From Candidatus Tenderia sp. (GTDB lineage Bacteria; Pseudomonadota; Gammaproteobacteria; Tenderiales; Tenderiaceae): a stretch of DNA of 46,984 nt. Both the position numbers and the translations under genes were made by a program. Shown here in pieces: positions 1 through 10,580 of this stretch (the first letter of the stretch is position 1; each line of letters opens with the position of its first letter). The DNA is taken from contig JAYUTP010000058.1 of assembly GCA_043755075.1 (NCBI GenBank), positions 1 to 46,984 on the forward strand, read 5' to 3'. Under the pieces are notes generated by a model. The model did no database searches and had not been told where the DNA came from. It saw only the letters and a list, made by a program, of their open reading frames with translations.

Positions 1-195
1 GATGAACTCAATTCCGGCCAGTTTGGCCTCCGCCGCCGCCTCTGCCAACCCATCGGTAACGTCATGATCGGTCAACGCCAGCACCTCCACTCCTTGCAAG
101 GCGGCGTATCGCACCAAGTCTGTAGGCGATAGCTCTCCATCCGAAGCAATGGAGTGACAATGGAGGTCGTATTTTTTGTGTTTGTCTGAATTCAT
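1..195 (-). CDS. PHP-domain phosphoesterase (TrpH/YciV, RNase AM-like), N-terminal part; the CDS runs off the window edge
   Basis: Reverse-strand translation from ATG (195-193) gives MNSDKHKKYDLHCHSIASDGELSPTDLVRYAALQGVEVLALTDHD. This contains the HCHSxxSDG and TDHD metal-binding motifs of PHP phosphoesterases. Confidence 0.8.
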   Translation of the reverse strand, partial: MNSDKHKKYDLHCHSIASDGELSPTDLVRYAALQGVEVLALTDHDVTDGLAEAAAEAKLAGIEFI

Positions 196-468
196 CAAAG
201 CCTATCTTTAAAGTAACGCAATGTATGGCAGCCTGTCTGACTTGAAGAATCGAAGCGAAAATTTGGCTGGGCCGAGGACAGATTTTTCGATTTTGCAGAT
301 CAATAATTATCCTATATAACCAAAAAGCGGCGAAATATGGGCCAGTCAGACAGATTTCCAGCCGATTTCCTTTAAGTCTGACAGACTGCTAGACCTCTTA
401 TGATAGAATTTTCGCCTTTATAACGCGAGTTCGCTGTTTAAGTAGACTCGCCAAAACCTAGGTGCCGC

Positions 469-1059
469 ATGAAATTTCTTTTTGATTTTTTCCCGATACT
501 GCTCTTTTTTCTGGCCTACAAGGTCTACGACATATTTGTTGCCACCGCCGTCGCCATCGTGGCTTCTTTCATTCAGGTAGGCTGGTTCTGGCTTCAGCAT
601 CGCCGCGTCGAAAAAATGCATGTCATCACCCTAGTACTGATTACCGTACTGGGTGGCATGACGCTGATTTTCCAAGATGAGGCTTTCATCAAATGGAAGG
701 TCTCCGTAGTCAACTGGGCCTTTGGTCTTGTCTTCATCGGCAGCCAGTTCATCGGCAAAAAGCCCATCATACAGCGCATGATGGAGGCATCAATTGAGCT
801 ACCACAGAAAATCTGGGGGCGTCTTAGCAGTGCCTGGGCACTGTTTTTCATCGCCACTGGTTTTCTCAATCTCTATGTCGCCTATAACTTCGATACTGAT
901 ACTTGGGTCAACTTCAAGATGTTTGGCATGCTCGGTCTAACCTTCCTCTTCATCATCGCCCAGGCACTTTTTATTGGTCGTTACATCAAAGAGCCCAAAG
1001 AAACTAATGATATTGAAACGCCCGCGACAACACAGACAAATAAAAAAGAGGAATTATGA
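469..1059 (+). CDS. yciB: Intracellular septation protein A (YciB/IspZ), multi-pass inner membrane protein
   Basis: 196-aa ORF starting [23 protein letters not shown], the typical YciB N-terminus, with hydrophobic helices throughout. It is followed by yciI, as in many proteobacteria. Confidence 0.9.
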   Translation: MKFLFDFFPILLFFLAYKVYDIFVATAVAIVASFIQVGWFWLQHRRVEKMHVITLVLITVLGGMTLIFQDEAFIKWKVSVVNWAFGLVFIGSQFIGKKPIIQRMMEASIELPQKIWGRLSSAWALFFIATGFLNLYVAYNFDTDTWVNFKMFGMLGLTFLFIIAQALFIGRYIKEPKETNDIETPATTQTNKKEEL

Positions 1060-1358
1060 TGCTCTACGTCATTATCGGTGAAGATGTCAACAACAGCTTG
1101 GAAAAACGACTGGCGGCGCGTCCAGCCCATCTTGAACGACTCACCATCCTGCGCGATCAAGGCCGTTTGATTTTAGCCGGCCCGTTCCCAGTGATCGATG
1201 CTGTCGATCCCGGCCCCACAGGTTTCAGTGGTAGCTTGATTGTTGCTGAGTTTGACTCAATTGAAGTCGCACAACAGTGGGCTGATGCCGACCCTTATGT
1301 CAACGCCGGTGTCTATGCCAAAGTCACCGTCAAACCCTTCAAGAAGGTACTGCCCTGA
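1056..1358 (+). CDS. yciI: YciI-family protein
   Basis: 100-aa ORF whose ATG overlaps the yciB stop (ATGA). MLYVIIGED...RPAHLERL...GPF matches the YciI pattern. Confidence 0.8.
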   Translation: MMLYVIIGEDVNNSLEKRLAARPAHLERLTILRDQGRLILAGPFPVIDAVDPGPTGFSGSLIVAEFDSIEVAQQWADADPYVNAGVYAKVTVKPFKKVLP

Positions 1359-1359
1359 G

Positions 1360-1623
1360 ATGAATAACAAGCGTATCGAAATGATTCGCCAGCGCCTCGA
1401 AGAGAAGCTTGCGCCGCAATCACTGGAGATCATCGACGACAGCCACAAACACGCCGGCCACAGCAGTGCCGAAGGCATGGGACACTTCACCGTCAACATC
1501 TGCACTAGCGCCTTTGAGGGCACGTCGCTGATCCAGCGTCACCGTCTGGTGTACGCCGCCGTCGCTGATCTGATGCAGACCGAAGTCCATGCCCTGAGCA
1601 TTCACGCCGCCCTCCCCCAGTAA
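1360..1623 (+). CDS. BolA-family protein
   Basis: The internal ATG at 1360 of ORF 1240..1623 lies 2 nt after the yciI stop. MNNKRIEMIRQRLEEKL...DDSHKHAGH...HFTVNI.S..F.G...IQRHRLVY...HALSIHA is the BolA signature. The upstream 40 codons overlap yciI and look spurious. Confidence 0.8.
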   Translation: MNNKRIEMIRQRLEEKLAPQSLEIIDDSHKHAGHSSAEGMGHFTVNICTSAFEGTSLIQRHRLVYAAVADLMQTEVHALSIHAALPQ

Positions 1624-1713
1624 ACATGCTGGCATGCGTGGCAACATCAGGATGATAGTGATAAATTAGCCGCCGAATATTTAAAATCGCACTACATTAA
1701 TAGGAAGTTAAAT

Positions 1714-2526
1714 ATGTTCATTAAGAGAGGGGCAAGCCTCATTACAACGCTCTGCCTTACGGCATCCACAGCGTTTTTTAACTGCTCGGTCATAGCACAA
1801 GAGGTACGCCCAGTTGCCACCGTCAATGGTCAACCGATCACTCAAGAACAGCTCCTCAACTACGTTCGCGCCAATGCACCACAGAGTGATTTGCAAAATC
1901 CAGACGTCCGCAGTCAAATGCTACAAACCTACGTTGGCCGTGAACTGATATATCAGGACGCATTAAAACAGAAAATCGACCAACAGCCCGCCGTTCAGAC
2001 CTCTCTGAATGAGATGCGCCGTACAGTGTTGGCCCAAGCCTATGTCGCTACACTACTACAGGCCAATCCCGTCACCGAGGCAATGGCTCGCACCATCTAC
2101 GACCAGCAGATCGGCTCACGCAAAGGGATCGAATACCACGCTAGACACGTCCTGGTGCCCACCGAAACTGATGCCACAGGGGTTATCGCCCGTCTTAAAA
2201 AAGGTGAAGACTTTGGCCGTGTGGCGCAAACCGTTTCAAAGGACAGCAGTTCATTGCGCGGCGGCGATTTAGGCTGGGTAGTCCCAGAAAAATTCCCCGC
2301 CACCTTTGCCGAAGCAATGGTCAACCTCAAACCCGGTAAGTTCACCGCCACACCGATTAAAACTGACTATGGCTGGCACGTTATTTTAGTAGAGGCCAAT
2401 CGTCCGGTTCAGCCACCACCCTTCGATACAGTACGTGACCAGATCATGAAGAACTTACAGGATCAGGCTGTTAATCAACATCTTGTAAAGCTACAACAGG
2501 CCGCGAAAATCGAGCTCGCCAAGTAA
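1714..2526 (+). CDS. Secreted PpiC/parvulin-type peptidyl-prolyl cis-trans isomerase
   Basis: 270-aa ORF with an N-terminal signal-like segment. The parvulin core is YHARHVLV...GGDLGWV...DYGWHVILVE. Confidence 0.85.
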   Translation: MFIKRGASLITTLCLTASTAFFNCSVIAQEVRPVATVNGQPITQEQLLNYVRANAPQSDLQNPDVRSQMLQTYVGRELIYQDALKQKIDQQPAVQTSLNEMRRTVLAQAYVATLLQANPVTEAMARTIYDQQIGSRKGIEYHARHVLVPTETDATGVIARLKKGEDFGRVAQTVSKDSSSLRGGDLGWVVPEKFPATFAEAMVNLKPGKFTATPIKTDYGWHVILVEANRPVQPPPFDTVRDQIMKNLQDQAVNQHLVKLQQAAKIELAK

Positions 2527-2568
2527 GTCATTCGCACGCCCCACCTCACCTTAAGGCTGGGGCATTAT

Positions 2569-4617
<2,049 letters not shown>

Positions 4618-5032
4618 CTATTTTTTGCAATGACTTAAGTCCACGTATTATTGCAGAAATCACGCTAGGTAGAGATATCCGTTCAGCTTGTTAGAGGCCA
4701 TTCAGCGACATAAAGCGTCTCGTTAACGCTGTGAATAACAGAATCGCCGGAAGCGCTAGAGCTTATTCAAACGGGGTGACGTGTCCCCGCCGCCCCAGCA
4801 ACTCCTCCAACAGACAATCCGCTGCCTGAAGCTGCGCTCAGCGGCATACACCCCCCGTACAACTCTCCAGACTTGGTGGCCCCGCCAAATTTTTGAAATC
4901 CTGATCGATCAGCGCCAACAGTAAACCACTCTTCTGTTCCTGATGGCCCACCCGCTAGCCCAACAGTTCCCCCAAGTTTTTACCAACACGCCTGCGAAAT
5001 CACGCCCGAGGCCCCTTCACCAAGGCGGCAAG

Positions 5033-5311
5033 TTAACTGCAAAGGGAAACTTCGTCGGCAATGCACCCTCTGGCACCACCAATCCGATTGACCTTAAACG
5101 TCACCATGCTCAGCACTGGGCATTGCGCCAGTACCGCAGGGAAACAGTTAAAATTGTTATCAGAAAGAAATAGAATCCACAGTTTCTTGAAACGATGAGC
5201 ATCACACGGCAGACAACTCAGACGATTACCAGAAAAATCCAGCGATTTCAGTGTCTCTGCCAACTCAAACAACTCATGGGGAGACTCAGCGATGTCTGCC
5301 GCGATCTTCAC
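5033..5311 (-). pseudogene. Leucine-rich-repeat protein remnant
   Basis: The ORF reads LDFSGNRLSCLP...LWILFLSDNNFNCFPAVLAQCPVLSMVTFKVNRI, which are LRR units. The reading frame is open upstream to ~5405 with no ATG (only a GTG at 5311). Broken ORF pieces in other frames continue downstream to ~4760. Confidence 0.5.
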
Positions 5312-5428
5312 GCGAGCTACGCCTGTCAGATAACCACTTACTTTGTCCGGCGGGCGAGTGTCACAGACTAGGATAAGTGTCTTAACCGGGCTCGATTTTA
5401 GAGTCAGCCAGCACCTTTATAAATGGCT

Positions 5429-5459
5429 AAAAAAAAACGGCGACCTAAGTCGCCGTTTT
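5429..5459 (-). terminator. Rho-independent terminator after the PEP-CTERM gene
   Basis: Stem AAACGGCGAC / GTCGCCGTTT with loop CTAA, followed on the minus strand by a 9-nt T run. Confidence 0.8.
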
Positions 5460-5477
5460 GCTCGCCGGATAAAATAG

Positions 5478-6164
5478 TTACACTTTACGGCGACGGGCAA
5501 AACCCAGTCCAGCCATACCAAGGCAAAGCAGCGCTAGCGTTGCGGGCTCGGGTACAGCTCCAGTGTTGGGGTTGTTTGGGGGGGTGTTTGGGGTGCTGCT
5601 CGTCCTAGCATAGGTGAAATTGTCAATTGCCAAGCCTTGCGTCGGGTCATTGATGATGATTGAATCAAATACCGTATCTGACGTAAAACCAATGAACGAC
5701 AACGGAATACCAGGATTAATCAACTCACCAGGAAGTGCTAGCGTGGTTGAAACCCCAGCGAAGCTGACGATGATGTCCATGGAGATAGCCGTTCCCCAGT
5801 TGAAAACCGTACCGAAATCCATGGCAAAACCATATACCGGATTCAGAAACGAGACGCCGACCTGCTCCCCCTGACTGTTGTTATTCAGATAATTGGAGGT
5901 GAATGGAGTAACGTAGATGTTAGGTGAGATAACAAACAGACTTGAAGGATTGCTGGTGAAGGTGACGTCCCCCACACTCAAGGAACTACCATAAGAAGTG
6001 GCCCCGCTAGGGATCGTTTGCTGTGCTTCGAAGGTGATCGTCGTATTATCGCCCAAGGTGGCGGCGTTATAGGCGGCCCAACTTGAGTAGCTAAGAATGC
6101 CTGCATTCGCGGAAAGTGCGGAGAGCGCCAGGACTGTACCGACAGCAGCTTTGAATTTAAACAT
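5478..6164 (-). CDS. PEP-CTERM sorting-domain secreted protein
   Basis: 228 aa with a signal peptide (MFKFKAAVGTVLALSALSANA). The C-terminus is VPEPATLALLCLGMAGLGFARRRKV, i.e. PEP motif + TM helix + Arg cluster. Confidence 0.9.
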   Translation of the reverse strand: MFKFKAAVGTVLALSALSANAGILSYSSWAAYNAATLGDNTTITFEAQQTIPSGATSYGSSLSVGDVTFTSNPSSLFVISPNIYVTPFTSNYLNNNSQGEQVGVSFLNPVYGFAMDFGTVFNWGTAISMDIIVSFAGVSTTLALPGELINPGIPLSFIGFTSDTVFDSIIINDPTQGLAIDNFTYARTSSTPNTPPNNPNTGAVPEPATLALLCLGMAGLGFARRRKV

Positions 6165-6222
6165 GGTTTGTCCTTATAAATGTAAGCTTGGAATAAAATT
6201 ATCTTTACTATCTAAATTTACA

Positions 6223-6238
6223 TGCAAAAAATACGCCA
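6223..6238 (-). promoter_or_regulatory. Candidate sigma-54 (-24/-12) promoter for the PEP-CTERM gene
   Basis: The minus strand reads TGGCGTATTTTTTGCA against consensus TGGCAC-N5-TTGCA. The GG and GC elements have the exact spacing. It sits ~60 nt upstream of the ATG at 6164. Confidence 0.4.
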
Positions 6239-6633
6239 CATTAAAAATATATACCTAATGGTTGGAAAGTAGCTGTAAAGTTAAACCCTATTAAATCATT
6301 TAGTTAATCGACAGATCCCATTGTAAAAACACCGTCAAAACAGAGTATGACATAACCAGCTTTACGCATTAGCATATGCCTATCGGCCATTGACTGTAAA
6401 ATTTATCGACAGTTCGAACATGCTGACAGCAAAATTATTACAAGGCCAAGTTTGGCGTGGTCATCACCAAGACGCATGGCGTTAACACCAAATTGGTGAC
6501 CGGAGTAACGTATTGCCAACGGTTCGGCACCAAACTGTGCTCGTAAAATGATCCACTTAACCAGACCACTGCGCCGTCTCCATCAATTCGATTAAGCCGC
6601 GAGGGCACCAAAAACAGGTGCTTCTGAGCGAGA

Positions 6634-6666
6634 GGGAGAGACTGCCCCGCGAAGCGCTTTGGGCAA
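6634..6666 (+). repeat. Copy of the short dispersed repeat also found at 31801-31848 and 34566-34626
   Basis: CTGCCCCGCGAAGCGCTTTGGGCAA (6642-6666) matches 34582-34606 at 22/25 positions. AAGCGCTTTGGGCA is identical to 34605-34618. Confidence 0.6.
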
Positions 6667-6836
6667 ATAAATGAAAAAACAGAGTGTACGCGCAGTACAT
6701 GAGCATTTTGAGCTTATTTCCGCACAAAAAATTAACTATATAAATATCTAGCCAGTGATGGAAGTTAACCGTTCCCATCAGCATCTAACCTTGCTAGGAT
6801 GCGCGCCGACACTCCCCCAACCCCTGAGGAACGCTC

Positions 6837-7139
6837 ATGAAACCAATGCACCTATTAACATCCCTCACCATCATCGGTCTAATGGGCTGTGCCCGCACCA
6901 ACGACTTCACTCCTCCCCCGGGCGCCACTGGTGAAGATACCTTCAAGAGCGTTTGTGCCAGTTGCCATGAATCCAAGGGGGAGTACACCTTTGAACTCGA
7001 CGAGAAAATGAGTAATCAGGATGCCATCGCCATGAAAATTGCCAAAGGCAGTATGGGTATGCCCAGTTTTCTTAACATTCAGGGCCAGGCGCTGACCGAC
7101 CTCACTACCTATGTGCTGTCACAGAGCAAAACTCAGTAA
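6837..7139 (+). CDS. Small c-type cytochrome lipoprotein (class I, mono-heme)
   Basis: 100 aa with lipobox LMGC, heme motif CASCH and a distal GMP Met ligand region. Confidence 0.8.
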   Translation: MKPMHLLTSLTIIGLMGCARTNDFTPPPGATGEDTFKSVCASCHESKGEYTFELDEKMSNQDAIAMKIAKGSMGMPSFLNIQGQALTDLTTYVLSQSKTQ

Positions 7140-7469
7140 TCCCTTATACAACCGGCAATAAAAAGGGCTGCGATTTGCAGTCCTTTTCACTCCCCCCTAG
7201 CGACAAATTCATGACATCCGGGCCTCAAAATAGTGCATGTCAAGTCTTGACATGCTGTTTATACACAGTAAAAAACCATCACTTCGCAAAAACAGCCCGG
7301 AATATTCAATAACTTGGCAAGAAAATCATAACTCATTGATTTATATAAAATGACAATAACTGGTCAAGTTCTCGCCAATCTAAAATTGGGGCTGTCACAA
7401 CAAGGATTTAGCCTATATTCCCCCACTTCATGCACATAGTTATCCACAGCTTTTGTGGGTAACATAAAA

Positions 7470-8282
7470 TTACAGCCGAGGAACCTTGCACCCCGGGCGT
7501 TTGCCTGCTGCCTTGGCTTGTTGATAGAGCATCAGTGCCTGCGGCATCGCCTTATTTAACTCATTGATGCGTGTATCATGGGAGGGGTGAGTTGACATAA
7601 ATTGCGGTGGCTGCTGGCCACCACCCTTGCCCATGTTCTGCCACAGCTTTACACTTTCGCGGGGATCAAAACCGGCCTGAGCCATCAATGTTAGACCAAT
7701 CTGGTCAGACTCACTCTCCTGCAGACGGCCGAAAGGCAGCAGCACCCCAACCTGACTGCCCAAACCAAGGGCGGACATTACCATCTGGCGGTTAGCGCTG
7801 TTGCTGGCTGCCATCCAATTATCCAAAATTGAAAGTGTCTGCCCCACGGCAAAGCTCTGTGAGACGCGTTCGTTGCCGTGGCGCGCCAGCACGTGCCCCA
7901 CCTCATGCCCCATCACCGCCGCCAGCTGATCAGCTGTTTCAGCCGTCCGCAGCATTCCCTTATAGACACCAATCTTACCGCCGGGCAAAGCAAAAGCGTT
8001 TACCTCTGGCGCATCAAAGACCACCACCTCCCAATCGGCGCTGATTTCCTGCACCATGGGTAAACGAGTGATGGCGTCTGCCACGCACTGTACATAACTG
8101 TTGATAATGGCATCTTTAACCGGAGGGGTCTCATCCCTCATTTGACTAAATGATTGCACCCCCATCACCACCATCTGTGATTCGGGCATGAAAATAAACT
8201 GTTTGCGCCCGGTGGGTGAAACCGCACACGCCGCCAGCACTGCAATAAGGGTTACCAGAATCACTTTTTTATACATGGTCAA
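7470..8282 (-). CDS. M48-family zinc metalloprotease lipoprotein (YcaL/LoiP-like)
   Basis: 270 aa with lipobox LAAC, the HEVGH zinc motif and a downstream E...D region. The start may be the second Met. Confidence 0.85.
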   Translation of the reverse strand: MTMYKKVILVTLIAVLAACAVSPTGRKQFIFMPESQMVVMGVQSFSQMRDETPPVKDAIINSYVQCVADAITRLPMVQEISADWEVVVFDAPEVNAFALPGGKIGVYKGMLRTAETADQLAAVMGHEVGHVLARHGNERVSQSFAVGQTLSILDNWMAASNSANRQMVMSALGLGSQVGVLLPFGRLQESESDQIGLTLMAQAGFDPRESVKLWQNMGKGGGQQPPQFMSTHPSHDTRINELNKAMPQALMLYQQAKAAGKRPGCKVPRL

Positions 8283-8429
8283 ACATCCATCATGGTTATT
8301 CAGATGGTGCCAACTATACCTTTACACACCCGTATATGCATCCACGTACCACCAGAGTAGACATAACCGCACCCTAGGCCGTAAGGTAAGCAATCTAAAT
8401 AAAATCACCCATCACAAGGGGGAATCATA

Positions 8430-8888
8430 GTGAAACTGAGAGCACTCTGTCTGGCACTGACCATACCCTTTGCAGCTGGCATCCAGACCGCCCATGCTGA
8501 AACATCCCTCGCCATCCAGCAGATGGCGGAGATCATGCTAAAGATGAATAAAACCCCCGACAATAAACAACGTGAGGTCTTGAAAAGTCTTGCCAACAAT
8601 GCCGCCTCTGCCAATGAACAGCGCTTGGCCAAGGGGTTGCTCAGCTTTAACAGCACCCTCAACGATGATGGAAAGCAGGAGGTGTGGGCAGTGATGCGGC
8701 AGATCAGCGCTGCCGATAGCGAGCGCGAGCTGGCAAAAATAATCAACCGCTTTGAAGATGTCGCCACTCAATCAGATCAGGCCCGATTGAATGCGTTGCT
8801 CCCAGCAAATGCCAAGGCCGAGAAGAAAGCCGATAAAAAAGCTGAGAAAAAAACCGACAAGGCCAGCAAAAAAGACGATAAAAAATAA
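8430..8888 (+). CDS. Secreted hypothetical protein with a Lys-rich C-terminal tail
   Basis: GTG start 6 nt after AAGGGGGA. Signal peptide MKLRALCLALTIPFAAGIQTAHA, tail KAEKKADKKAEKKTDKASKKDDKK. A terminator follows. Confidence 0.6.
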   Translation: MKLRALCLALTIPFAAGIQTAHAETSLAIQQMAEIMLKMNKTPDNKQREVLKSLANNAASANEQRLAKGLLSFNSTLNDDGKQEVWAVMRQISAADSERELAKIINRFEDVATQSDQARLNALLPANAKAEKKADKKAEKKTDKASKKDDKK

Positions 8889-8908
8889 TCAACACTCCTT
8901 TTCGCCAG

Positions 8909-8935
8909 GGCCCTCCTACGAGGGCCTTTTATTTT
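8909..8935 (+). terminator. Rho-independent terminator
   Basis: Stem GGCCCTC / GAGGGCC with loop CTAC, followed by TTTTATTTT. Confidence 0.75.
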
Positions 8936-8985
8936 ATAGTAAATTAGTGCTGCACCCGGCTATAACGCAGCAAGCGAGGCATGCT

Positions 8986-9528
8986 ATGAAAATATTCAGA
9001 TTCAGTTACCAACTCGGAATTTCACTTGCCGCCGCCATGCTTGTAGGCTGCGTTACTCAGATGCCCACCCCCATTACAGGCAATCTGCGCATCGCAGAAA
9101 TCCAGGCTGACCCGACACAATTCAAAGGTTCAGAAATCCGTTGGGGTGGCGTGATCACTGGCGTTGAAAATAAGTCATCAAACACTTGGGTTGAAGTAGT
9201 CAGCTTAGCGTTAAACAGTAACGGCAAACCATTACCAGAAAGCGACAGCGGCGGTCGTTTTATCGCCAATTTTTCCGGTTTTTCCGATCCAGTGGTCTAT
9301 AGCAACGACCGTCTGTTAACCATCACTGGTACCGTTACCAATGTCATCAAACGCACCATTGGTGAATACAACTATTCCTTCCCCGTTGTAACGGTCTCTA
9401 CGTCACACCTCTGGCCGATCGAGACAGCAGAATCGCCAGTGTCCAATACCCCACCACCTTGGTGGTACTACGATCCTTGGCCGCTCTATCCACGGCCTTA
9501 TTCATTCTACCCACACCACCATCGGTAA
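8986..9528 (+). CDS. slp: Slp-family outer membrane lipoprotein
   Basis: Internal ATG 8986 of ORF 8791..9528. Lipobox LVGC. RWGGVI, GRFIANFSGFSDPVVY and LTITGT align with E. coli Slp (RFGGKV, GRLLARQSGFLDPVNY, VTILGT). Confidence 0.8.
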   Translation: MKIFRFSYQLGISLAAAMLVGCVTQMPTPITGNLRIAEIQADPTQFKGSEIRWGGVITGVENKSSNTWVEVVSLALNSNGKPLPESDSGGRFIANFSGFSDPVVYSNDRLLTITGTVTNVIKRTIGEYNYSFPVVTVSTSHLWPIETAESPVSNTPPPWWYYDPWPLYPRPYSFYPHHHR

Positions 9529-9739
9529 ATTGTCATACTGACACAGCGGATCAGAAAGGACTCATGGGGGGTCGAAGCTTATCTCCATCACCGATAACGG
9601 CCTTGATATCACTCCGTATCAATTTCATGATTGAGATGCTTTAAACCAGCATCACATGCTATTCATTGTCCTCCTCCAAAATAGGATAGACACTGGTGAA
9701 CTCACCTCTACCGACCGCTAAAGTCAGCTCATCACACTC

Positions 9740-10069
9740 TTATTTCCGCTCATAATATTCTTCCAACCCATCGCCATGCTCATGAACGATCTTATACAGC
9801 GAGGCCTCATTAGCAAACATCAACCCTGTGGTTTTCGGGTCGGTGTGAATCACCATTGCAGTCAAACTACAACCGATACCACGGGGATAGCCAGGCTTGC
9901 AAAAATCAACCACCACCCCCTCACCCGAATGGAGAGATACACCAGACGTTTCGATCCCCACCCCACCTGAACTCATATCAATCGACCGAACGGCGGCCAC
10001 CACACGCCCGTCCTTAATCAATCTGACCAAAAAATCAAAAGGCTCACGCCGGTACAGTCTGTGTTCCAT
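9740..10069 (-). CDS. Single-domain PilZ protein (c-di-GMP receptor-like)
   Basis: 109 aa with RREPF (RxxxR-like) near the N-terminus and IDMSSGG (D/NxSxxG). Confidence 0.75.
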   Translation of the reverse strand: MEHRLYRREPFDFLVRLIKDGRVVAAVRSIDMSSGGVGIETSGVSLHSGEGVVVDFCKPGYPRGIGCSLTAMVIHTDPKTTGLMFANEASLYKIVHEHGDGLEEYYERK

Positions 10070-10382
10070 TAATCCCCCACGCGCAGCAAACCAGATTCAC
10101 AATTGATCACCGCCATTAAACCACTCTATAAACAAGGAAAACACCACCCTTAGCCACTTTCAATTGTAGACACAAAAAATCGCTACTCCAGAAAATTACC
10201 ATCTATTTCACGCAGTCTTTAACAACACCTTGCAAGCAACCACAGCGTGCGTAACTGTTCCGCCAGCTAACGCTTATCTCTGTATATTAAAAATTACAAA
10301 ACACAAGTCTGTGGCGGCACGGGGAGATGATTTATGCTGGTATGCTAAACCCTGTTCACGATCCGCCGAGGAGCGATGGCTG

Positions 10383-10580
10383 ATGGGATTTCTACACGAA
10401 ATTGAGTTTGCACAAAAAGATAATCGCTACAGGCTCAGGACGAGCGAAGTTATTCAAAATTTCCTTAAGGTCTGTACCATGGGTGTCGATCAGGTCGCCA
10501 TGAGCCACATTAATATTAATCAAAGCTACATTGTCATTGAACAACTGGAAGTTCAGCCACGAATAGGACACCGGACATGA
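10383..10580 (+). CDS. Small hypothetical protein, possibly translationally coupled to the FliB-like gene
   Basis: The 65-aa reading from ATG 10383 has GAGGAG 10 nt upstream. Its stop overlaps the next ATG (ATGA at 10577-10580). No recognisable family. Confidence 0.35.
   Translation: MGFLHEIEFAQKDNRYRLRTSEVIQNFLKVCTMGVDQVAMSHININQSYIVIEQLEVQPRIGHRT

Noticed and set aside
6557-6988. ORFs 6557..6784 (-) and 6794..6988 (-) in or near the long AT-rich spacer.
   Set aside because: They have no RBS, odd composition and no motif. The second overlaps the well-supported cytochrome c gene on the opposite strand. The first spans the dispersed-repeat copy.
7440-7448. Perfect DnaA box TTATCCACA next to a small hairpin (CCACA-GCTTT-TGTGG).
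   Set aside because: It is a single box with no cluster of boxes, no AT-rich 13-mers and no dnaA/gidA context. It is probably a chance occurrence, or at most a weak terminator for the M48 gene, and not an origin.
10346-10372. Sigma-28 (FliA)-like promoter TAAACCCT-N11-GCCGAGGA with exact consensus spacing, upstream of the FliB-like locus.
   Set aside because: It matches only about 11/16 consensus positions. By my rough estimate matches of that quality occur by chance many times in a window this size. It also overlaps the putative RBS of the small ORF. It is worth a PWM scan but not reportable as a feature.
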